Of a stretch of 64,000 nucleotides of DNA, positions 38,598-48,067 are shown one piece after another. Under the pieces are notes generated by a model that ran no database searches, was not told the DNA's origin, and saw nothing but the letters and a program-made list of their open reading frames with translations. The DNA is taken from positions 179,883 through 243,882 of the forward strand of contig CBDHFT010000006.1 in NCBI GenBank assembly GCA_965262775.1, given 5' to 3'. Both the position numbers and the translations under genes were made by a program. The DNA is from Alphaproteobacteria bacterium. GTDB taxonomy: Bacteria; Pseudomonadota; Alphaproteobacteria; JASGCL01. Numbering within the stretch: the first letter of the stretch is position 1; each line of letters opens with the position of its first letter.

Positions 38598-39593
38598 TTA
38601 TTGTGGGTCGACAAGCGGCGTCAGCCACCCCCAGGCCGTGTTTAAAACATCCCCCGAGAAATACCGCAAGCCATTCATGAAGAAGCTGCCGAGCAGTAAT
38701 TTTTTTGCCGTTTTATGGTCGATGCCGCGGGCGCGCAAATAATATAATTGGTCATCGTCAATCGCCCCGACCGACAAACCATGGGTCGCCTTTACCTTAT
38801 CATGTTTTATGTTGAGTTCGGGTTTGCCATAAAATTTTGCGCTGGGCGATAATACCATCGCCTTAATATCTTGGGCCGTGTTGGCGTTGGTGGCGGCAAT
38901 GTCAATATCGGTGCATACTTGGGCTATCATAATATCGGCATAATCCACTACGCCGCGGACAATAATTTGAGATGTCGTTTCAGGAACCTGGTGAATGACA
39001 CGGATCGTGCTGTCGCCCAATTTGCTTATTTTTGTTTCGGCGATTTCTTTTTGTGATGTGCCATGTTCGCTGGTTGGCGCGATGGTTTTTGTCAAGTCAT
39101 GACTAATCAGTGTGTTTTTTCCTGCCACAAACACGTAAGCAACGGCTTGGGCGGCTTCCAAATATACATCACGTTCCATCCTGACGGCGTGCGACAAATC
39201 CAAAAATGTAAAATCGTTTAAACGGCTGCTTTCTTGCAATCGGTAATGAAATTTGATGAATTGCGGCTTGCTACCCTCGGGCTTTTGCCAAAAGAAATTG
39301 GCCGTCGCGCCAGGCGCAATAACAATAGTAAGATAGATATTGGGGTTTTCGCCACCGATATTTTCCGCCAGGGTAAAAAAAACATTGGCCTCGATTTCTG
39401 CGGGCACGGTGATATGGCTGTCGCCCGTGATGGTTACCTCGCTGTAGCCTGGCTTGATGGTTAGCTCGACCTTATTGGTATTATTTTGTTGTTCGGTAAC
39501 AACCGACAACAGGTTGCGTGCTACGTCGCTGGTGCTTAGGCTTTTGTAAAAACTAAGGCTGTCATCACGCTGGGCATTAGATATATTGACCAT
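38598..39593 (-). CDS. sufD: Fe-S cluster assembly protein SufD
   Basis: Beta-helix SufBD family. C-terminal QLYYLRARGI...A..LL..F. It sits between sufC and sufS. Confidence 0.85.
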   Translation of the reverse strand: MVNISNAQRDDSLSFYKSLSTSDVARNLLSVVTEQQNNTNKVELTIKPGYSEVTITGDSHITVPAEIEANVFFTLAENIGGENPNIYLTIVIAPGATANFFWQKPEGSKPQFIKFHYRLQESSRLNDFTFLDLSHAVRMERDVYLEAAQAVAYVFVAGKNTLISHDLTKTIAPTSEHGTSQKEIAETKISKLGDSTIRVIHQVPETTSQIIVRGVVDYADIMIAQVCTDIDIAATNANTAQDIKAMVLSPSAKFYGKPELNIKHDKVKATHGLSVGAIDDDQLYYLRARGIDHKTAKKLLLGSFFMNGLRYFSGDVLNTAWGWLTPLVDPQ

Positions 39594-40326
39594 AGCCGCT
39601 TTTTTCCAATTCTTTTGCCAAATTTTTATCCCCTTCTTTTGCTATTTGCCCCTTTGCTAGTACCGACACCACATCGGGTTGGATATAATCCAACAGCCGT
39701 TGATAGTGGGTAATAATCAAAAACGATGTTTTTTCATTGCGCATCTCGTTGACGGCACTGGCCACGGTTTTCATGGCGTCAATATCCAACCCCGAATCTA
39801 TTTCATCCAGAATAATCAATTTTGGTTCAAGCAACAACATTTGTAAAACCTCAAATCTTTTTTTCTCGCCCCCTGAAAAACCATCATTCACCGCGCGGCT
39901 TAAAATATCATCGGGTATTTGTAATTTTTTGGCCAAGGGGCGCAAATGTTTTACAAAATCCATGGGGGACAACGCCGCTTCGCCCCGCGCCACCCGCACC
40001 GCGTTAAGAGCATAACGCAAAAAGATAGAGGAAGAAAGCCCGTGAATTTCGGTCGGATATTGAAAAGCCAGAAAAATACCCGCGCGTGCCCGTTCCTCAA
40101 CATTCATGGCGAGTAAATCTTGGCCATTATAAATGACTTCGCCGCCCAATATTTCATAATCTTCCTTGCCCGCCAGCACCTGGGCCAATGTGCTTTTCCC
40201 CGAACCATTGGGCCCCATGATGGCGTGAACACGACCAGCGGGTAGCGACAGATTTAATCCGCGCAAAATTGCATCTTTGCCATCGGCGCGTTTGGCTTTT
40301 AAGTTTTTTATTTCCAAAATATTCAT
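39577..40326 (-). CDS. sufC: Fe-S cluster assembly ATPase SufC
   Basis: LEIKNL, GPNGSGKSTL, LSGGEKKR.E and LDEIDSGLD. The 249-aa length is typical. Confidence 0.95.
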   Translation of the reverse strand: MNILEIKNLKAKRADGKDAILRGLNLSLPAGRVHAIMGPNGSGKSTLAQVLAGKEDYEILGGEVIYNGQDLLAMNVEERARAGIFLAFQYPTEIHGLSSSIFLRYALNAVRVARGEAALSPMDFVKHLRPLAKKLQIPDDILSRAVNDGFSGGEKKRFEVLQMLLLEPKLIILDEIDSGLDIDAMKTVASAVNEMRNEKTSFLIITHYQRLLDYIQPDVVSVLAKGQIAKEGDKNLAKELEKSGYGQYI

Positions 40327-40347
40327 GTTGTTTGTTTGGGGTTGGGT

Positions 40348-41862
40348 TTAACCAACCGCCCCTTCTAGACTAATGGCGACGAGTTTTTGCGCTTCCACCG
40401 CAAATTCCATCGGTAAATTTTGTAATACCTCACGGCAAAATCCGTTGACGATTAAACCAACCGCTTGCTCTTTGTCAATGCCGCGTTGTTGGCAATAAAA
40501 AATTTGCTCTTCTGATAAACTTGTTGTGGTGGCTTCATGTTCTAATTTCGCCATGGCTTGGTTATTCTCGATATAGGGGATAGTCTCCGCGATGGCGGCA
40601 TCGCCAATGATTAAGGAATCGCATTGGGTAAAATTTTGCGCGCCTTCGGCCTTGGCGGCAATTTTTAATAACCCGCGATAGGCTTGGTGGCCATGCCCCG
40701 CCACAATGCCCTTTGAAATAATCCGCGATTTGGTATGTTTGCCAAGGTGAATCATCTTGGTGCCCGTGTCGGCTTTTTGATAATTGTTACTAATCGCAAC
40801 CGAATAAAATTCGCCCGACGAATAATCGCCCTGCAAAATACAGGAAGGATATTTCCATGTTATGGCACTGCCCGTTTCGACTTGAGTCCAAGAAATATGG
40901 CTGCGCGCGCCGCGGCAAGCACCGCGTTTGGTGACAAAATTATAAATGCCACCGCGCCCCATTTTATCGCCAGGATACCAATTTTGCACCGTGGAGTATT
41001 TTATGCTGGCGTCATCTAAGGCTACCAATTCCACCACCGCGGCATGCAATTGATTTTCATCGCGCATCGGCGCGGTGCAACCTTCTAAATAACTTACTTC
41101 GGCCGCTTCATCGGCGATGATAAGGGTTCGTTCGAATTGCCCAGTATTTTCGGCATTGATACGGAAATAGGTCGAAAGCTCCATCGGGCATTTTACGCCG
41201 CGCGGTATGTAAACAAAAGATCCATCAGAAAAAACCGCGCTGTTGAGGCAGGCATGTTTGTTGTCGCTGTAGGGCACCACCGAGCCCAAATATTTTTTTA
41301 CCAACTCGGGGTAATGTTTTACCGCTTCAGAAAATGCACAAAACACCACACCTACCTTTGCTAATTCCTCACGAAAGGTCGTGGCAACCGACACGCTATC
41401 GAAAATAGCATCCACCGCCACGCGCGGCGCGCCCTTCACATTGAGCAAAACTTCTTGCTCCTTTAGCGGGATGCCTAGTTTTTCAAATGTTTTGATGACC
41501 TCGGGGTCAATTTCATCAAGGCTGGCTACCGATTTTTTGGGCTGAGCAAAGTAAGAAATTTTTTGATAATCAATAGCGGGAATGGCAAAACTTGCCCAAT
41601 TGGGTTCGGGCATTTTTTGCCAGTAGCGATAGGCCTTCAGCCGAAAATCCAACAGCCAACTTGGCTCATCCTTTATGGCGGATATTTTCCTTACCACATC
41701 TTCGGATAGGCCGACCGCCAATATATCGCTATCAACCTTCGACACAAAACCAAATTCATAATCCTTGTCCAATCGCGATTGCACGGCATCGGGCGCGGTG
41801 GCACCCTGCGGTTCGTCTTGCTCGCGGCTGATATTTGCGCTTCGTGAATTATCTTGATTCAT
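40348..41862 (-). CDS. sufB: Fe-S cluster assembly scaffold SufB
   Basis: 504 aa. The conserved SufB C-terminal half ([31 protein letters not shown]...[10 protein letters not shown]) is present. Confidence 0.95.
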   Translation of the reverse strand: MNQDNSRSANISREQDEPQGATAPDAVQSRLDKDYEFGFVSKVDSDILAVGLSEDVVRKISAIKDEPSWLLDFRLKAYRYWQKMPEPNWASFAIPAIDYQKISYFAQPKKSVASLDEIDPEVIKTFEKLGIPLKEQEVLLNVKGAPRVAVDAIFDSVSVATTFREELAKVGVVFCAFSEAVKHYPELVKKYLGSVVPYSDNKHACLNSAVFSDGSFVYIPRGVKCPMELSTYFRINAENTGQFERTLIIADEAAEVSYLEGCTAPMRDENQLHAAVVELVALDDASIKYSTVQNWYPGDKMGRGGIYNFVTKRGACRGARSHISWTQVETGSAITWKYPSCILQGDYSSGEFYSVAISNNYQKADTGTKMIHLGKHTKSRIISKGIVAGHGHQAYRGLLKIAAKAEGAQNFTQCDSLIIGDAAIAETIPYIENNQAMAKLEHEATTTSLSEEQIFYCQQRGIDKEQAVGLIVNGFCREVLQNLPMEFAVEAQKLVAISLEGAVG

Positions 41863-41871
41863 ATTTTGTAA

Positions 41872-42399
41872 TTATGCCGTGGGGGAGGTTGAAAAAAAAT
41901 GTTGAAAGGTTTTGTTAAATGTTTTGTCATCTGACAAAAGGTCAGCCAAGGTTATTTCCTGCAACGCGCCGCGAATGACTTGATTTACTTTTTGCCAGCG
42001 ACCTGTAAGTTGGCAATAATCGGTCCTCTCGCACCTGTCGTCGTTGTCATGGACGCAAGCGGTGAGGGCGGGTGCCCCCTCCATCAATAGCAACACATCG
42101 AACACCGAAATGCTTGATAGGGGTTTTGCCAATTTGTAACCGCCATCGCGGCCACGCTCCGCCCATAACATCTCCCCCGCGGTTAATTTTTTTAACAGCA
42201 ATTGCACGGTGGGCAGGGGGATAATGGTTAAGGCCGCCAAATCACCCGCCGACATGAAAGAGTTTGGCGTGCTATCGTCAGCGGTATTTTCCTGCTGTGA
42301 ATTTTCTTCTTGCAAACGCGTCGTGGTAAACGGCGCACTGCGCGCCAATTCGGCCAGCAAAACAATGGCGTAATCGGTCATTTTAGAAATTTTAATCAT
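41872..42399 (-). CDS. Rrf2-family transcriptional regulator (IscR/RirA-like, probably Fe-S-binding) with an internal insertion
   Basis: N-terminal MTDYAIVLLAEL. wHTH ending GGYKLAKP. A three-cysteine cluster C-x7-C-x5-C (CVHDNDDRCERTDYC). A roughly 25-aa Gln/Asp-rich insertion lies between helix 1 and the HTH. It is directly upstream of sufB. Confidence 0.75.
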   Translation of the reverse strand: MIKISKMTDYAIVLLAELARSAPFTTTRLQEENSQQENTADDSTPNSFMSAGDLAALTIIPLPTVQLLLKKLTAGEMLWAERGRDGGYKLAKPLSSISVFDVLLLMEGAPALTACVHDNDDRCERTDYCQLTGRWQKVNQVIRGALQEITLADLLSDDKTFNKTFQHFFSTSPTA

Positions 42400-42474
42400 A
42401 ATATATAGGCCCTTGAATTATTTGCAAAATACTTATCTTGCCTTGGTGTATACCGTATCATTATACTACTATAT

Positions 42475-43218
42475 TTAAGGCAAAGCAAGTTCATTATTAT
42501 TTTTTGTATAAAGGAGGTAGGTTGGATATTTACCAAATTTTTTTTGTTTATCATGTTGGGCTTGCGATTTTAATTCGTAGCGCGAAGCCATAAGAATATC
42601 AGGCCGCTGTAACCACATCAGCGGTTGGTTATTGATCCAGCTAAAATTTTTATCCTGTTGAAAATACATCATGGTTGATTGCAAGAAAATAGCATGGTCA
42701 GTCGCAACAAGAATTTGCCCCGCGGGTTTTAACAGACGGCAAAATATGGGCAAGGTGAGGGGCGATATCATACGCCTTAGGGTGTGGCGTCGTTTTTTCC
42801 AAGGGTCAGGATAAAGAATAATAATTTTTTCCAAACAGCCGTCGGGCATATGGGGCAGGAGATGATGAATGTCATCGGTATAAAGATGCAGGTTGGGGAG
42901 GGTTGCCGCGTCATCGATAATTTTGCTTAATAATTTGACGGCACTATGGCGAAATGGTTCGGCGCCGATAAAGCCGACCTCGGGCCGAGTCTGCGCCCAA
43001 TGATATAGGTTTTCGCCGCCGCCAAAACCAATCTCCAACCACCAGTTATCATGGCGTCGCCAAAAATTATTGTCTTTAACCGTGGCGGGAGAAATTTGAT
43101 AGGATGGCAAGGTTTCTTGCCATATGGCTTGTTGGCGCGCAGTTAATTTTTTGCCAAGGCGGCGACCAAAAAATTTTAACTGCGGGTGTTCTTGTAAATG
43201 GCGCGGGGTAGAAGACAT
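42475..43218 (-). CDS. trmB: tRNA (guanine46-N7)-methyltransferase TrmB
   Basis: LEIGFGGGE, FIG.EPF, LYPDPWKK and RRMIS are conserved TrmB motifs. Confidence 0.9.
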   Translation of the reverse strand: MSSTPRHLQEHPQLKFFGRRLGKKLTARQQAIWQETLPSYQISPATVKDNNFWRRHDNWWLEIGFGGGENLYHWAQTRPEVGFIGAEPFRHSAVKLLSKIIDDAATLPNLHLYTDDIHHLLPHMPDGCLEKIIILYPDPWKKRRHTLRRMISPLTLPIFCRLLKPAGQILVATDHAIFLQSTMMYFQQDKNFSWINNQPLMWLQRPDILMASRYELKSQAQHDKQKKFGKYPTYLLYTKNNNELALP

Positions 43219-43335
43219 GAAGGGTTGTTTAGCTTTAGTTTAAAAAAATAAATGTTGCAATTCTTATTGCAAAATTATAAAAAAGAGCAGGATTATGAAT
43301 GCTGTAAATTATTTTGCGGCAACGATAAATAAAAA

Positions 43336-43860
43336 ATGACAAAAAATAAATTGGGATTTATTTTTTTACCATCGCGCAGTTTGTTGCCGCGCTTTTTCAT
43401 GCCTGCCTCGCCATTTTTTTTGGTTGGTTTTTTATTTTTTTTCCTGACTTTTGCCTTAGCACCCGCCTTTGCCCTAAGCAATGACGAAAAGGAAATGTTG
43501 CGCGCCGCCGCCGAGGGGGATGCCGATATTGTCGCCCGATTAATCAAGAAAAATATTGATGTTAATACGGCGGATGAAAAGGGCGAAACATCGCTGCTGA
43601 AGGCCGCTTACAATAAAAATAATAACACGGTGCGCGTGCTTTTGGCGGGGGGCGCAAACCCTAACCAAGCCGATAAGGAAGGCAATACCCCCATCATGGC
43701 CGCGGCTTGGCAGGGGGAGGCTGACATCGTCGCCATGCTCATCACGGCGGGCGCCAATGTTAGGGCAAGAAATAATGGTGGATACAATGCCATGATAGCC
43801 GCGTCGGTTTGGGGTTACCGCGATGTTATAAAATTATTAAGGACCGCGGGGGCTGACTAA
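43336..43860 (+). CDS. Secreted ankyrin-repeat protein (4 ANK repeats)
   Basis: The likely true start is Met at 43399, giving a Sec signal (MPASPFFLVGFLFFFLTFALAPAFA-LS). It is followed by ANK repeats: LLKAAYNKNNNTVRVLLAGGANPNQADKEGNTPIMAAAWQGEADIVAMLITAGANV. Confidence 0.75.
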   Translation: MTKNKLGFIFLPSRSLLPRFFMPASPFFLVGFLFFFLTFALAPAFALSNDEKEMLRAAAEGDADIVARLIKKNIDVNTADEKGETSLLKAAYNKNNNTVRVLLAGGANPNQADKEGNTPIMAAAWQGEADIVAMLITAGANVRARNNGGYNAMIAASVWGYRDVIKLLRTAGAD

Positions 43861-44009
43861 TAAGCCTTGATTAAAAATTGGGCAAAAAGCCAAAAATAAT
43901 ATAGCGAAGGTTTGTAAAACAACGCCCCGCCGCGGTGGATAATCCGCTAGCGTGCATCGATATTAGATTGCAATCAATTTTTACTGCATTTTGCAGTTGA
44001 TGATAGTGG

Positions 44010-44051
44010 TTGACAAATCCCATAAAATCCCATAAAATCCCATGATATGGC
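44010..44051 (+). promoter_or_regulatory. Pmra promoter (TTGACA-17-TAAAAT) overlapped by three 10-bp direct repeats (AAATCCCATA x3; TGGGA on the opposite strand), a putative MraZ operator
   Basis: ggTTGACAaatcccataaaatcccaTAAAATcccatga. The repeats lie at 44016-44025, 44026-44035 and 44036-44045. MraZ binds TGGGN direct repeats with 10-bp periodicity at its own promoter. This is 150 bp upstream of mraZ. Confidence 0.55.
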
Positions 44052-44201
44052 AAAAATGGGGTGCTGTTTTTTTAGAAGATATTAGCCTGCTATTTTTGGC
44101 ATCACGCTGACGGCTCGTAGGAATATTTTTCAAAGGACGGTTGGCGAGTCAATCAACTTACAAATGGACAAGCCCTAAACAAAGCGCAAGGTTTTATTAT
44201 C

Positions 44202-44642
44202 ATGGTTTCGACGGCGGTGTTTACGGGAACTTACCCACTTAAACTTGACCTCAAGGGTCGGGTTTCCCTGCCATCGCCATTTCGCAGTCATTTGCAAGAA
44301 GGAAAATTTTTCCTTTTCCCATCGCCAAACCACAAGGCGTTGGAGGCCTGCCCCGTAAGCTTCATGGAAAAATTGCAATCGGCCGTGGTGCAACAAACCA
44401 ACCTGTTTTCTCAAGAAGAAGATGATATGTCATGGTTATTTGCCGAAAGCCGCGATGTGGCGATAGACGACACGGGGCGGTTTGTTATGCCCCAGGATTT
44501 CCTCGATTACGCCGATATTGCATTGGGCGATAGGTTGTTTTTTGTTGGTCACGGCACGCGTTTTTTTATTTGGAACGAAGCCAACCTCGCTGCATTTAAG
44601 AAAAAACGCAATCCACCGAAAAACCTAAAACTGAATATCTGA
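44202..44642 (+). CDS. mraZ: Transcriptional regulator MraZ
   Basis: Two MraZ/SpoVT-AbrB repeats with DXXXR motifs (LDLKGRVSLP and IDDTGRFVMP). First gene of the dcw cluster. Confidence 0.9.
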   Translation: MVSTAVFTGTYPLKLDLKGRVSLPSPFRSHLQEGKFFLFPSPNHKALEACPVSFMEKLQSAVVQQTNLFSQEEDDMSWLFAESRDVAIDDTGRFVMPQDFLDYADIALGDRLFFVGHGTRFFIWNEANLAAFKKKRNPPKNLKLNI

Positions 44643-45583
44643 TGATAGATAAAACCACCCCCCATGTTCCTGTATTATGCTCCGAGGTTCTCGAAATGTT
44701 GGCTATAACATCTGACGGTATTTATATTGACGCAACCTTTGGCGCGGGCGGCATGACGCGGGCTATCTTGGCTCGGCAACCCAAAAAATTGATAGGGGTC
44801 GACCGCGATTCAACCGCGCGCAAAACGGCAGAAATATTGCAAGGACAATATAAGAATTTTGAATTTATCAATAACAATTTTGGCATGATGCAACATTTTT
44901 TAAAGGATTATGATAAAAAAATAGACGGCATTGTCTTTGACCTCGGGGTTAGTTCGATGCAATTGGACGATGCGGCGCGGGGTTTTTCCTTTGCCAAGGA
45001 TGCGCCGTTGGATATGCGCATGAATCAAGCGGAAGCAACGCCCACCGCCGCCGATATTATTAATCAACAAAGCGAAATAGAATTGGCCAATATTTTTTAT
45101 CGTTATGGCGAAGAAAAAAAATCGCGCTGGATAGCAAAAAAAATTGTTGCCCAGCGCGCCGTGGCGCCCATCACCACCACGCTACAATTAAGCGCGTTGA
45201 TAAGCGACGCTGTCCAAGGTGCGCGGGGCAAAATTCACCCCGCGACTCGTGTTTTTCAAGCCCTACGTATAGCGGTTAACAACGAATTGACCGAGGTGGT
45301 TAATGGCTTAGAAGCTGCCGAAAAATTATTAAAAATTGGCGGCCGTTTGGTGGTGATATCATTCCATTCTTTGGAAGATAAAATTGTTAAAACATTTTTA
45401 AAAGATCGCGCGACCGCGCAAGCCCGGCCATCGCGCCATATGCCCGATAAATTAGATAACCCAACTTATCAGCCGTCGTTTGAATTGTTGAGTAAAAAAC
45501 CTGTGGTCGCCAGCGACGCCGAGCAGCAAAATAACCCCCGCAGTCGTTCCGCCAAATTACGTTTTGCAATAAAAATAGCCTAA
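44642..45583 (+). CDS. rsmH: 16S rRNA (cytosine1402-N4)-methyltransferase RsmH
   Basis: HVPVL..E, DATFGAGGH, FDLGVSS.Q.D and ISFHSLED. Confidence 0.95.
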   Translation: MIDKTTPHVPVLCSEVLEMLAITSDGIYIDATFGAGGMTRAILARQPKKLIGVDRDSTARKTAEILQGQYKNFEFINNNFGMMQHFLKDYDKKIDGIVFDLGVSSMQLDDAARGFSFAKDAPLDMRMNQAEATPTAADIINQQSEIELANIFYRYGEEKKSRWIAKKIVAQRAVAPITTTLQLSALISDAVQGARGKIHPATRVFQALRIAVNNELTEVVNGLEAAEKLLKIGGRLVVISFHSLEDKIVKTFLKDRATAQARPSRHMPDKLDNPTYQPSFELLSKKPVVASDAEQQNNPRSRSAKLRFAIKIA

Positions 45584-45607
45584 AAAAAATAAGGAAAATA
45601 AAAAATC

Positions 45608-45976
45608 ATGACCGTTCAGAAATTGCTCATTGGTATTATTTATAGTCTGTCATTGATTATTCTTTGTTGGATGCCGACCTACCTTGGTTATTATTTAAGC
45701 CAAGCCAACCGCGAGGTTAAATTTTTGAAAAGAGAATTGCTGGCGACGCGCGCCGAAAATAGTCGGCTAGAAATAGCTTATAGCAATCTTTCTAGCCCTT
45801 CTTCGGTGGCGGCCCTCACCGAAAAATTTTTACCAGAAATGAAACGGATGAGCGAAAGCCAATTCGTGAGTCGTGATTGGTTTTTACAAAATAATTTTGT
45901 TTACAACCACAGCCAAAATCGCTTGGCGCTTGACGGTGAAGAACAGGTCAACAAGCAACTCAAAAGTTTAAATTAA
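45608..45976 (+). CDS. ftsL: Cell division protein FtsL (alphaproteobacterial type)
   Basis: 122 aa with an N-terminal TM, a coiled coil, then a periplasmic tail. It sits between rsmH and ftsI. Confidence 0.6.
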   Translation: MTVQKLLIGIIYSLSLIILCWMPTYLGYYLSQANREVKFLKRELLATRAENSRLEIAYSNLSSPSSVAALTEKFLPEMKRMSESQFVSRDWFLQNNFVYNHSQNRLALDGEEQVNKQLKSLN

Positions 45977-46011
45977 TAACGCCTAGTATTTTTTATCATT
46001 TGTAACAACCC

Positions 46012-48039
46012 ATGCCTCGCCTCACCCCGCGCATTACGCCCTTGATAGATTTTATCGAGGAGCAGCAGTTGCTAGACCGAGAAAATTTGCCCGAAGCATT
46101 CAAACCATTGCATCGGCCGCAGCAAATATATTTGCGTAAAATAAAACGGCGGATGATTATTGGCATCCTCTCGCTGGCAACCATTTTTGTTATTCCTGCC
46201 TACCGCCTAAGCGAACTTGCCATGAATAGCAGTTGGCAAGCCATTGCCGATGCCACCGATGGCAAAATCATGATGCCCGCCCCCGCGCTTGAAAACATAG
46301 TCCCGCGGGGAAAGATTTATGACCGCACAGGATTTTTGTTGGCGGGCAATTTGCCCACCGTGTCGTTGGTGGTTAACCCCAATAATATTTTAAACCCCGA
46401 TGCTACTGCCAGCAAATTAACCAGCCTCTTCCCTTATTTAGAAAAAAAGACATTGCTGAAGCAATTCCAAGAAAGAGCCAACCGCAGGATAATTTTGGTG
46501 CAAAACCTGGATCCCGTTATTAAACGGTCGGTGCTGGATATTGGTGAGCCAGGCTTAGAATTGATGGATGACAGCAAACGTTTTTACCCTAGCAACAGCC
46601 ATGGCGCGGTGACCATTGGGTTTGTTGCGCCCAATAACAAAGGCATCATGGGTTTAGAAAGGTTTTTTGACAAAGAATTGACCGCGGGCAAAGATGTCAG
46701 CCTGTCGCTTGACAGCCGCGTTCAAAATTTTTTGGATGAAGAATTGTCGGTCGCCGCCGCCGAACATAAGGCCTCGGCCGCGGGCGGCGTGGTGATGGAT
46801 ATTCAAAATGGCGAAATATTAGGGTTATCCTCCCTGCCAGGATTCAATCCCAATAATCGCACCAAGTTGGATATCAACAATACTTTTAATATGATGATAG
46901 GTGGTAGTTACGAATTGGGTTCGGTTATGAAAATTATAACCATCGCCAAATGGTTGGATGCACAACCCGTGCAACCGCCCATGACCGACAAAAGTCAGTT
47001 GGGCAAAGAACCTTGGCGTAAAAAATTGTGGGATGTTACTGTCCCATTAAGCATCGATGATTACACCATAAGCGACATGCACCCCATAGATCGCCCCATA
47101 ACCAGCGATGAGATATTTATTTATTCTTCTAATATCGGCACCATCTTGCTTACCAACGATGTGCTGGCAAGCAACAGCAACGCGCAGCGTGATTTTTTAC
47201 GTTCGTTGCATCTGTTATCGAAAATAGAATTACCATTTTCTGACCAAGAAGTTGCCAAGCCCATCGCGCCAAAAAATTGGGGACGAATCGAATCTGGCAC
47301 CATCAGTTTTGGCCATGGCCTGTCTTTACCGCCGTTGCAATTTGCCACCGCGGTGGCGGCGTTGCTGGGCGACGGGGTGTGGCGCGCGCCATCCTTTCGT
47401 GTGACTCATCATGACAATAATACGGCGTTAGACAATCAACCCAAAGAAACCGTCAGCAATGCGCTGATGGCTGTTTTGCCGACAAGTTGGCAAGATAAAA
47501 TGGCTTCGTGGTTGTTGGGGCGCGATACAGCGGTTAGCGAGCAACATAAAAAAAACGGGCCAGAAATTGTGAAGAGCACGACGCGCGAAGAACTACGGCG
47601 TTTGTTAAGACTTAATGTTTTATATGGTTCGGGGCGGCGGATTAATCAAACGGGGGTGGCGGGTTATGAAATTGGCGGTAAAACGGGCACCGCGGAAAAA
47701 ACATTGAATGGACAATATGATAAAGGAAAAAACCTAACCAGCTTCATTGCCGTTTTTCCCGTGTCAAAGCCACGCTACCTGGTTTTTCTCTTGCTTGATA
47801 ACACACAAAAGGGCGATTTGGCATCGGCGACTCTTACCCCCGCCACAGGACGGTTGATAGGAAAAATTGCGCCGCTCCTACCCCTGATACCCAACCGCAA
47901 TGTCGAAAAAAATCATGATAATGATTATCAAGCCATCAGCAATATAAAAGATTTGACGAAGAATGCAGGCCAGCAGGATGCTTCGCGCGAAGTAAAAACG
48001 GCACCCAAGAAGCAAGCAAAACAAGCTGTAAAAAGGTAA
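46012..48039 (+). CDS. ftsI: Peptidoglycan D,D-transpeptidase FtsI (PBP3)
   Basis: N-terminal TM anchor and dimerisation domain. Transpeptidase motifs SxxK (GSVMK), SxN (SSN) and KTG (KTGTAEK). Confidence 0.9.
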   Translation: MPRLTPRITPLIDFIEEQQLLDRENLPEAFKPLHRPQQIYLRKIKRRMIIGILSLATIFVIPAYRLSELAMNSSWQAIADATDGKIMMPAPALENIVPRGKIYDRTGFLLAGNLPTVSLVVNPNNILNPDATASKLTSLFPYLEKKTLLKQFQERANRRIILVQNLDPVIKRSVLDIGEPGLELMDDSKRFYPSNSHGAVTIGFVAPNNKGIMGLERFFDKELTAGKDVSLSLDSRVQNFLDEELSVAAAEHKASAAGGVVMDIQNGEILGLSSLPGFNPNNRTKLDINNTFNMMIGGSYELGSVMKIITIAKWLDAQPVQPPMTDKSQLGKEPWRKKLWDVTVPLSIDDYTISDMHPIDRPITSDEIFIYSSNIGTILLTNDVLASNSNAQRDFLRSLHLLSKIELPFSDQEVAKPIAPKNWGRIESGTISFGHGLSLPPLQFATAVAALLGDGVWRAPSFRVTHHDNNTALDNQPKETVSNALMAVLPTSWQDKMASWLLGRDTAVSEQHKKNGPEIVKSTTREELRRLLRLNVLYGSGRRINQTGVAGYEIGGKTGTAEKTLNGQYDKGKNLTSFIAVFPVSKPRYLVFLLLDNTQKGDLASATLTPATGRLIGKIAPLLPLIPNRNVEKNHDNDYQAISNIKDLTKNAGQQDASREVKTAPKKQAKQAVKR

Positions 48040-48067
48040 GGGCGGGTGGTAATGAAAAAATACCCCG

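Noticed and set aside
43293-43547. 84-aa minus-strand ORF overlapping the ankyrin gene start
   Set aside because: Antisense to a gene with clear signal-peptide and ANK periodicity. Lys/Arg-rich composition reflects the A/T runs of the opposite strand.
44016-44045. Short array of identical 10-bp direct repeats (AAATCCCATA x3) that might suggest a CRISPR-like or minisatellite repeat
   Set aside because: Only three units. 10-bp period with no spacers. Position exactly over the mraZ promoter. Better explained as MraZ binding boxes.
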